IMG/VR virus record: IMGVR_UViG_3300020363_000013
Coordinates: 1-30,768 of that record
Direction: 5' to 3' (one strand)
Source: a virus
Taxonomy: Duplodnaviria > Caudoviricetes
DNA length: 30,768 nt
Shown here: positions 1-6,451 of the stretch, piece by piece
How positions within the stretch are numbered: position 1 is the stretch's first letter
Layout: each line of letters starts with the position of its first letter
Notes under the pieces: model-generated
Seen by the model: the letters and a program-made list of their open reading frames with translations, nothing else
Told to the model about the DNA's origin: nothing
Database searches by the model: none
Program-made: the position numbers and the translations under genes

Positions 1-59
1 AAAAATTTTGAGTTAAATTTTTCTGTGTTAAACTCATACACTTTTTGTGTCTTTGACAT
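1..59 (-). CDS. Hypothetical protein, 5' part only (MSKTQKVYEFNTEKFNSKF...), runs off the window
   Basis: Minus-strand ATG at 59-57 with a GGAGA RBS (plus-strand tctcc 65-69); frame stays open to position 1. Confidence 0.6.
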   Translation of the reverse strand, partial: MSKTQKVYEFNTEKFNSKF

Positions 60-80
60 TTTGTTCTCCAAAAAAAATTT

Positions 81-127
81 GTGAGAGGAAGATTTAATCT
101 GGGGAAATTACGTTTTCTTCCTCTCAC
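81..127. repeat. 12-bp perfect inverted repeat (stem-loop)
   Basis: gtgagaggaaga (81-92) / tcttcctctcac (116-127), 23-nt loop. Confidence 0.8.
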
Positions 128-146
128 TGGTCGTATTGACGACCAT

Positions 147-177
147 AAAAAAACCCTACGGTCAAAGACCGTAGGGT
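147..177 (-). terminator. Rho-independent terminator of the 214-aa gene
   Basis: Perfect 11-bp stem accctacggtc (153-163) / gaccgtagggt (167-177), 3-nt loop; A-run 147-153 is a U-tract on the minus strand; lies just past the stop at 190. Confidence 0.85.
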
Positions 178-189
178 CTGAAACTATAG

Positions 190-834
190 TTAAGCTACAG
201 TTTCTGAATGTTGAACATCAACATTTGGATTATCACAACCATTAAGAACAGTCTTGGTATGTGAATCAATGTCTGATGATAAATCACTAGACATCTCATT
301 GTCACCAAAAGGCGTGCGAATTGGTGTATCGTCAATGCTTATCTTGTTAAGCTGTGACTTAGTAAGAGGTTTATACTCTCTTACTTTCGCCTTTTGTATA
401 TTGTTTTTACGCTGATTGTTGCGTAAACTATTAACAATAGAACTGTATGTCTGACGTGATTCTGCTGGTTTCTGTGTAAAGAAACCTAATGCTTCGTCAT
501 ATAACGGTATTTCAGCAATCATTATAGACAATGCTTGTTGAACACCTTTGAGGTTATCATCAGCTCTTTGAAGATTAATATCAGTGCAATCTTCTTCTAA
601 TAATGATTGCTTGAAATCTAAAGCTCTTACTTCTGAACGCTTTAGGTCTTGTATATTAAAGTAATGACCACGAATCATAGAAGTAATAAGTCTTGTAGCT
701 ACTGAATTGCTATAAGCAATTTTATCACTACCAGAAATATAATATCCATTATATTTCCCTTCTTTGTTAATGTCGTTGTCAGTTACAATCAGGTTTAAAA
801 TGTCCTGAATCACTTTATTTTGACTCTTTGTCAT
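190..834 (-). CDS. Hypothetical phage protein (214 aa), first gene of the leftward arm
   Basis: Long ORF, GGAG RBS (plus-strand ctcc 842-845), own terminator; no recognisable motif. Confidence 0.8.
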   Translation of the reverse strand: MTKSQNKVIQDILNLIVTDNDINKEGKYNGYYISGSDKIAYSNSVATRLITSMIRGHYFNIQDLKRSEVRALDFKQSLLEEDCTDINLQRADDNLKGVQQALSIMIAEIPLYDEALGFFTQKPAESRQTYSSIVNSLRNNQRKNNIQKAKVREYKPLTKSQLNKISIDDTPIRTPFGDNEMSSDLSSDIDSHTKTVLNGCDNPNVDVQHSETVA

Positions 835-1123
835 AGTTATACTCCATATAAATGGTTATGCCAAAATCGGCAAAGAGCAGTGTTACATCATGATTCGATG
901 GTAACCAAACAAACCGACTTGCCTTTTTGCAAGTTGGTTTCCTTCGGCTTGTTTGGTGCTAATGCTCGGTTTGCAACGCAAACCATACGCATTGGCCCAA
1001 CGAATCCTGATGTATAAACAGCGTCCGATTTTGGCAGAACGAATACATATGGACTATGACAAAGCAGTCAAAAGGATTCAGGACTTGCCTGATATGAACT
1101 GCCACAACGACATAAACAAAGAA
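760..1123. repeat. Long imperfect inverted repeat / branched hairpin A
   Basis: Nested complementary blocks 760-768/1115-1123, 770-779/1104-1113, 780-784/1097-1101, 788-793/1088-1093, 802-811/1075-1084, 818-825/1066-1073, 826-837/1053-1064, 844-849/1047-1052, 859-870/1025-1036, 884-890/1008-1014, 892-897/1001-1006; two apical arms at 904-957 and 958-996. Confidence 0.9.
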
Positions 1124-1124
1124 A

Positions 1125-1141
1125 AGCGTGTCTAACACGCT
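1125..1141. repeat. Small palindrome between the two long hairpins
   Basis: agcgtgt-cta-acacgct. Confidence 0.75.
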
Positions 1142-1343
1142 ATCATTGTATCTAATACTCAAGTCATCTCCCTTATAAACTATATGCACATTACTATATG
1201 GTCTATAAATAGCAATAAGCCGTGTTGTTCGGCATAGCCGAACTGCCCGCACCCAGACATATTGCTATTTCTATCCTCATATAGTCGAGCCATGTGCATA
1301 TTAACAAGGGAGATTACATATGAGTATTCAAGAAAACAATGAT
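1142..1343. repeat. Long imperfect inverted repeat / rod-like hairpin B
   Basis: Nested blocks 1142-1149/1336-1343, 1154-1161/1321-1328, 1166-1174/1306-1314, 1182-1191/1292-1301, 1193-1200/1278-1285, 1207-1217/1260-1270; apex 1227-1233/1237-1243. Confidence 0.9.
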
Positions 1344-1460
1344 TATTATATTAAACAAACTGAACTTATCGCTACTATGTTTACAGCTGGTATCATAGAT
1401 GTTGATGAATATCATTATCGCATGGCACTCATCTCTGATGAATGTTATAGCGATAGTTGA
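1320..1460 (+). CDS. Small acidic hypothetical protein (46 aa, MSIQENNDYYIKQTELIATMFTAGIIDVDEYHYRMALISDECYSDS); not in the ORF track
   Basis: AAGGGAG RBS at 1306-1312, ATG 1320, TGA 1458-1460. Confidence 0.55.
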   Translation: MSIQENNDYYIKQTELIATMFTAGIIDVDEYHYRMALISDECYSDS

Positions 1461-1499
1461 TAAATCACAGATATATTCATTGCCATGTGGGTAACCCTC

Positions 1500-1529
1500 T
1501 TGACATGATTCGAATCATAGCTGTATAAT
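1500..1529 (+). promoter_or_regulatory. Consensus sigma70-type promoter upstream of terS, with a palindromic operator-like site in the spacer
   Basis: TTGACA 1500-1505, 18-bp spacer, TATAAT 1524-1529; palindrome ATGATTCGAATCAT 1505-1518. Confidence 0.8.
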
Positions 1530-1561
1530 CGGCAGAGCGAACAGTCGTAGAGGTCACTTAC

Positions 1562-1933
1562 ATGGCAAATGATGTCACCACATTAACGGATATGCAGACG
1601 CAATTCGTGGATAACTATTTAACCAACGGAGGTAACGGCAAGAGAGCTTGTATCGACGCTGGTTATAGTGATAAGAATGCATCAGTGCAAGCCAGTAAGT
1701 TATTGAAATTACCACATATTCAACAAGCTCTCATGAAAGGAACTGCTGAACATATTGGGATTGCGTCTGCGAAAGCAATGCAGAAGATGGTTAACCTTTC
1801 TGGCTCAGCTAAGTCAGAGTATGTTCAGCTTGAAGCATCTAAGGATATACTCGACAGAGCTGGATTCAAACCTCCAGAAAGGACACAGCATCTTCTGGAC
1901 GGTGACATCAAAATATCTATTGATTTATCATAA
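1562..1933 (+). CDS. terS: Terminase small subunit (Terminase_2 / SPP1 gp1-like HTH)
   Basis: LTxxQxxFVxxY...ACIDAGYS...ASxQASKLLKxPHI pattern; C-terminal ASKDILDRAG; GAGG RBS; upstream of terL. Confidence 0.9.
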   Translation: MANDVTTLTDMQTQFVDNYLTNGGNGKRACIDAGYSDKNASVQASKLLKLPHIQQALMKGTAEHIGIASAKAMQKMVNLSGSAKSEYVQLEASKDILDRAGFKPPERTQHLLDGDIKISIDLS

Positions 1934-2024
1934 CACTACCCCACCCCAAAACTTCGGCAAAATTACCGTGTTACTTGTCCTCCTCAAACATTATTCTTAA
2001 AAAAAGTACTTCATTAAATTTTTT

Positions 2025-2058
2025 TGTGCGTTAGGGTTCGTTACTGGTCGTGTAGTAT
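2025..2058 (+). promoter_or_regulatory. Putative late promoter, variant motif TGTGCGTTAG with TAGTAT as -10
   Basis: Variant of the recurrent GTGCGTTGC motif about 40 nt upstream of ATG 2066; TAGTAT at 2053-2058. Confidence 0.45.
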
Positions 2059-2065
2059 AGAGATC

Positions 2066-2317
2066 ATGTCTAAAGATAATATAATCGAATTTAAGGTAAA
2101 CGATGGTAGTAGGACTAAAGATACTGTACTGGATTATCTCGAAGATAATAGGGATAGTATTGTATCCATTACATCTATTGTGGAATTTGATGACGGCAAG
2201 GTGGGTATATACGCTGATGATAAAGATATTTATACCTGGCTATTCCAGAAAAAATTTTTGGATTACTTTGTCCAAAAGGCTTTTGATGAGAGGGTTGATA
2301 CATATTTGGAGGACTAA
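2066..2317 (+). CDS. Hypothetical protein (83 aa, MSKDNIIEFK...)
   Basis: ORF; ATG 2066 preferred over the TTG start in the track; stop overlaps next start (TAATG). Confidence 0.7.
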   Translation: MSKDNIIEFKVNDGSRTKDTVLDYLEDNRDSIVSITSIVEFDDGKVGIYADDKDIYTWLFQKKFLDYFVQKAFDERVDTYLED

Positions 2318-2508
2318 TGGCGAGAAAAAAGCAGAAACTAACGCCACAAGAACAAACACGATTAGAACTAGAAAGGGCCAACGCAGTTATAAGACCTTGC
2401 GTACTTTGCGGAGTAGAGGTATACAGAAGTAATCACTTTGTTATTAATTTAGCTGATGAACTAATGTGTATCAAATGTTATAGGGATAAATATGCAACTG
2501 AAGTATAA
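2317..2508 (+). CDS. Small putative zinc-binding protein (63 aa)
   Basis: CVLC...CIKC pair, GGAGG RBS, overlaps the terL start. Confidence 0.7.
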   Translation: MARKKQKLTPQEQTRLELERANAVIRPCVLCGVEVYRSNHFVINLADELMCIKCYRDKYATEV

Positions 2509-4012
2509 GCCTGATGGCGACACCCTGAAAACCTTTATGAAGGATGATTCTTTTTTTAGAGGACTCAGAGGTCCTGTCGGAAGTGGTAAGTCAGTGGCTT
2601 GTTGCATAGAAATATTTAGGCGTGCCTTACTACAGAAACCTAATGAGGATGGCAAAAGGCGTAGTAGGTGGGCAGTCATTAGGAATACAAACCCACAGCT
2701 AAGAACAACAACTATCAAGACATGGTTAGACTGGTTTCCAGAAAGCGACTGGGGTAACTTCCGATGGTCTGTTCCCTTTACCCACCACATAAAGAAAGGT
2801 GATTTAGATGTAGAAGTTATCTTCTTAGCACTTGATAGGCCAGAAGATGTAAAGAAACTGCTATCACTAGAGCTAACTGGTATATGGGTTAATGAAGCAA
2901 GGGAGATACCTAAGTCTATTATTGATGCGTGTACTATGCGTGTAGGTAGATTCCCCTCTATGAAGGATGGTGGTCCGTCTTGGTATGGTGTTATATGCGA
3001 TACCAATGCTCCAGAAGAAGATCACTGGTGGGCTATTATGGCTGGTGACTCTGTTGTACCAGAACATATATCCAGAGAAGAAGCATTAATGTTAGTAAAG
3101 CCTGACAACTGGGCGTTTTGGAATCAGCCTGGGGGTATGATTGAAAATAAAAACAATGAAAATGAAGTTATAGGTTATAAACAAAACGACAAAGCTGAAA
3201 ACAAAAAACACCTAACTCCAGATTATTACAAGAATATAGTCAATGGTAAGACTAGGTCTTGGATAGATATATATGTTATGAACCGACTCGGCAGATTAGA
3301 TGATGGTAAACCAGTCTATCCAGACTTTAATAAACAAATTCATGTAGCAGAAGAGCATATACCAGTAGCAAACGGCAACACAGTGTATGTAGGTATGGAC
3401 TTTGGATTGACTCCAGCTGCCGTATTTGCCCAAAAAATTCGTGGTCGTTGGCATATTCTTAAAGAAGTTGTGTGTATTGACATGGGTATTGTACGGTTTG
3501 CAGAGCTAATGCGACAAGAGATTGCACAGAACTATCAGGGTTGTGACCTACAAATGTGGGGTGATCCAGCTGGTGACTTTAGGGCGCAGACTGATGAGAG
3601 TACACCATTCCAGATAATGCGTGGTGCTGGTGTCCAAGTATATCCAGCACCGAGTAACGATGTAAGTCTAAGGCTTGAGTCTGTAAACGCTAGTCTTACT
3701 CGTATGTTAGAAGGTAACTCTGGTGTTATTATAGATAAAAGATGTAAGGAACTTATAGCTGGATTTGATGGTGGTTATCACTACAAACGACTACAAGTAA
3801 CAGGACAAGAACGATACCAAGAAAGCCCCAATAAAAATAGATTCAGTCATGTACACGATGCCTTACAGTATTTAATGCTAGGATCAGGAGAAGGTAGGTC
3901 TATCACACACGGTGCGTTGCAGAATAAAGCATTTCAAGTAAATACTTCCTTTAATCCTTTTGATAGGAAAAGAAAACCAAAGAAAGAAAAAAGTTTTTGG
4001 AGTAAGTTTTAG
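2492..4012 (+). CDS. terL: Terminase large subunit
   Basis: Walker A GPVGSGKS, Walker B-like IWVNE, CDTNAP coupling region, nuclease motifs GMDFG and HVHDALQY. Confidence 0.95.
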   Translation: MQLKYKPDGDTLKTFMKDDSFFRGLRGPVGSGKSVACCIEIFRRALLQKPNEDGKRRSRWAVIRNTNPQLRTTTIKTWLDWFPESDWGNFRWSVPFTHHIKKGDLDVEVIFLALDRPEDVKKLLSLELTGIWVNEAREIPKSIIDACTMRVGRFPSMKDGGPSWYGVICDTNAPEEDHWWAIMAGDSVVPEHISREEALMLVKPDNWAFWNQPGGMIENKNNENEVIGYKQNDKAENKKHLTPDYYKNIVNGKTRSWIDIYVMNRLGRLDDGKPVYPDFNKQIHVAEEHIPVANGNTVYVGMDFGLTPAAVFAQKIRGRWHILKEVVCIDMGIVRFAELMRQEIAQNYQGCDLQMWGDPAGDFRAQTDESTPFQIMRGAGVQVYPAPSNDVSLRLESVNASLTRMLEGNSGVIIDKRCKELIAGFDGGYHYKRLQVTGQERYQESPNKNRFSHVHDALQYLMLGSGEGRSITHGALQNKAFQVNTSFNPFDRKRKPKKEKSFWSKF

Positions 4013-4013
4013 T

Positions 4014-4286
4014 ATGGCACATGAGAATAGAAGAAAGTCTTTACTAAAAAAGCATGGCTTAAGTGGTGTTAATAAACCAAAAAGAACACCTAAACATAAA
4101 ACAAAATCACATATTGTTTTAGCAGCAAAAGGTCATACAATGAAACTAATACGGTTTGGCCAGCAAGGTAAAACAGGAGATAGAACTATGACTAAACGAG
4201 CAAAGTCTTTTAAAGCAAGACACGCAAAAAATATTAAGAAGGGTATTATGAGCGCAGCATACTGGGCAAACAAGGTAAAATGGTAA
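4014..4286 (+). CDS. Small highly basic phage protein (90 aa; DUF6321-like)
   Basis: ATG 4014 right after the terL stop; LIRFGQQG...RAKSFKARH...SAAYWANKVKW motif familiar from aquatic phage morphogenesis regions. Confidence 0.75.
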   Translation: MAHENRRKSLLKKHGLSGVNKPKRTPKHKTKSHIVLAAKGHTMKLIRFGQQGKTGDRTMTKRAKSFKARHAKNIKKGIMSAAYWANKVKW

Positions 4287-4287
4287 C

Positions 4288-4410
4288 ATGAGTTTATTAG
4301 CAAACATAAAGAAAAGACAAAAAAAAGGTATATCTAGGTCTAAAAAAAATAGCACAATAAGTAAAAAAGCATATGCAGCAATGAAACGAGGTTGGAAAAA
4401 ATCTTATTAA
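4288..4410 (+). CDS. Small Lys-rich protein (40 aa, MSLLANIKKRQKKGISRSKKNSTISKKAYAAMKRGWKKSY); not in the ORF track
   Basis: ATG 4288 directly after the previous stop; TAA 4408-4410; fills the gap exactly. Confidence 0.7.
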   Translation: MSLLANIKKRQKKGISRSKKNSTISKKAYAAMKRGWKKSY

Positions 4411-4420
4411 TGTGCGTTGC
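4411..4420 (+). promoter_or_regulatory. Recurrent motif TGTGCGTTGC (putative late promoter element)
   Basis: Intergenic, ahead of the portal module; same core at 3912, 7666 and 18481. Confidence 0.6.
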
Positions 4421-4464
4421 TCATTTGCAATATCTTTATACCAATGCATAAAGGATGAAAAAAT

Positions 4465-4668
4465 ATGTGCTTAAAAACACCAAAACCACCAAAGGAAAGT
4501 CAAGACGCAAAAGCAGCAAGAGCAGCTCAACTAAAAAGCGAACTAGACGAACGTACTAGGTTAAAGACAGAAGCTACTGAAACAGAAAAATTATTACAAG
4601 CTGGATTTGGTAGACGATCTTTAATAACTGGCACAGGAGGAGGAAGGGGTTATCCTCTTGGTAGATAG
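4465..4668 (+). CDS. Small pre-portal virion protein (67 aa)
   Basis: MC..PKPP start and GRRSLITG C-terminal motif, as in small genes preceding T7-type portals. Confidence 0.75.
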   Translation: MCLKTPKPPKESQDAKAARAAQLKSELDERTRLKTEATETEKLLQAGFGRRSLITGTGGGRGYPLGR

Positions 4669-4671
4669 TTA

Positions 4672-6207
4672 ATGGTAGCTGATACTAAAACTTTATTGGA
4701 AAGATACTCTAAAGCAGAATCTAATAAACAACTTTGGATTCCTACCTTTGAAGAATGTTATGAATATGCGTTACCCCAAAGAGAAAGTTTTTTTAGTGAA
4801 CACCCAGGTGCTAACAGGCACGATAAAATTTTTGATGAAACAGCTGTAGTAGGTGTACAAGAATTTGCATCAAGACTACAAGCTGGTATTGTTCCTAACT
4901 TTGCCAGATGGGCTGACTTAGTTGGTGGACAAGAAGTACCAGAAGAGGAGAAATTAGATGTTAACAAAGCTCTCGACGATGTTACAGAATATGTATTTGA
5001 GGTTCTGCAAAATTCCAACTTTAATCAAGAAGTACATGAAAGTTTCTTGGACTTGGCTGTTGGAACAGGTTGCTTACTTGTGGAAGAAGGTGACGCAGTT
5101 AACCCTGTCAACTTTACAGCAATTCCCCTCCCTCATATCTGCTTGGATACAGGGCCTAAAGACGATATTGATACGGTATATAGGAAAAGATTAGTCAAGT
5201 GTAGAGATTTACTTATTGCCTATCCTGATGCTAACTTAACAGAGCAGATGAAGATAGACATGGAAAGAAATCCTGATAGACAAAAAACTGTAATCGAAAC
5301 TGTATACAGAGATTATTCTGCATTACCTGATGAAAAATATCATTATTGTGTTATAGTAAAAGAAGATAAAGAAAAAATAGTCCATAGAGAAATGGATGGT
5401 ACTGGTTCTAATCCATACATTTGTTTCCGTTGGGGTAAATGTGCTGGTGAAGTATATGGTCGTGGACCATTGATGAATGCTATGGCAGCAATTAAGACTA
5501 CAAACTTAACTGTGGAGATGATATTAGAAAATGCCCAGATGGCTATCTCAGGTATATATCAACTGGAAGATGATGGTATTGTCAATACAGATACAATACA
5601 GTTATTACCGGGTACAGTCATACCGAAAGCTCCAGGCTCATCAGGACTCCAACCTATTAAGAACGCTGGTGATTTTAGAGTATCTGATATTATTCTATCA
5701 GATATGCGTAACAATATTAAAAGAGCTTTATACAACGATATGCTGGGTGACCCAAACAGAACACCAGCAAGTGCAACAGAAATTGCAGAAAGAATGGCAG
5801 ACCTTTCAAGAAGAATTGGATCAGCCTTTGGAAGATTACAAGCAGAGATGGTCACTCCAATCTTACGAAGAGTTATATACATCCTTAAGAAACAGGGTAA
5901 AATAGAAGTACCACAAATAAACGGAAGAGAAGTTAAAGTAGTAAGTATATCTCCTTTAGCACAAGCACAAATGCAAACAGACATTGCATCTGTAGATAGA
6001 TTTTTAGAATTAGTCATGGCTAGGTTTGGACCACAAATGTTACCAATGTTAGTAAAAGGTAATGAAGTAGCTAAATTTTTAGCAAAGAAATTTTCCGTGC
6101 CAGAAGATTTACTTATGACTGATGCTGATAGACAGCAAGTTTTACAACAGGCACAACAGATGGGAGCTATACCAAATGCCACAGACGAAAATGATAGTGG
6201 GTCCTGA
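4672..6207 (+). CDS. Portal / head-to-tail connector (T7 gp8-like)
   Basis: 511 aa; FDETAV, LAVGTG, GEVYGRGP, SATEIAER, GRLQAE and SPLAQAQ motifs. Confidence 0.95.
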   Translation: MVADTKTLLERYSKAESNKQLWIPTFEECYEYALPQRESFFSEHPGANRHDKIFDETAVVGVQEFASRLQAGIVPNFARWADLVGGQEVPEEEKLDVNKALDDVTEYVFEVLQNSNFNQEVHESFLDLAVGTGCLLVEEGDAVNPVNFTAIPLPHICLDTGPKDDIDTVYRKRLVKCRDLLIAYPDANLTEQMKIDMERNPDRQKTVIETVYRDYSALPDEKYHYCVIVKEDKEKIVHREMDGTGSNPYICFRWGKCAGEVYGRGPLMNAMAAIKTTNLTVEMILENAQMAISGIYQLEDDGIVNTDTIQLLPGTVIPKAPGSSGLQPIKNAGDFRVSDIILSDMRNNIKRALYNDMLGDPNRTPASATEIAERMADLSRRIGSAFGRLQAEMVTPILRRVIYILKKQGKIEVPQINGREVKVVSISPLAQAQMQTDIASVDRFLELVMARFGPQMLPMLVKGNEVAKFLAKKFSVPEDLLMTDADRQQVLQQAQQMGAIPNATDENDSGS

Positions 6208-6451
6208 TGGATATGAAAGAAGTACAAAAGATCAAGAGTTATTAAATGACTTGCTTACTACAACTTTTAGTACACCACATGGACAAGAAACATTAAAATA
6301 TTTGAAGTCAATTACAACTGAAAGAGTAGCTGGTCCAGAAATAAAAGCAGATGCGTTGTTTCATTTAGAAGGACAAAGATATTTAGTAGGTGTTATTGAA
6401 ACAAGAATTACACAACACAGAGTTAAACAGGAGCAAAATAAAGATGAATGA
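6176..6451 (+). CDS. Conserved post-portal protein (Bbp19-like, about 91 aa)
   Basis: FSTPHGQETLKYL...HLEGQRYLV motif; lies between portal and scaffold; ATG 6176 with GGGAG RBS (ATG 6191 is an alternative). Confidence 0.75.
   Translation: MPQTKMIVGPDGYERSTKDQELLNDLLTTTFSTPHGQETLKYLKSITTERVAGPEIKADALFHLEGQRYLVGVIETRITQHRVKQEQNKDE

Noticed and set aside
760-1123. DGR template/variable repeat or retron msr-msd interpretation of the repeated gene start
   Set aside because: Differences between the arms are mostly indels rather than adenine-specific substitutions, the target is a 5' end, and no reverse transcriptase is in the window.
820-1252. Track ORFs 820..1017, 953..1135 and 959..1252; 953..1135 shares IQD and NDINKE with the 214-aa protein
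   Set aside because: No convincing RBS. The peptide similarity is a by-product of the inverted DNA copy, which has frame-breaking indels, so it is not a paralogous gene.
2880-2905. Walker B with Asn (IWVNE) in terL, suggesting inactivation
   Set aside because: The catalytic Glu is retained and all other ATPase and nuclease motifs are intact; treated as a family variant.
5559-6227. 222-aa antisense ORF inside portal, and similar ones at 2461-3006, 8738-9121, 18560-19009 and 25614-25946
   Set aside because: Shadow frames of well-supported plus-strand genes; no RBS or recognisable motif.
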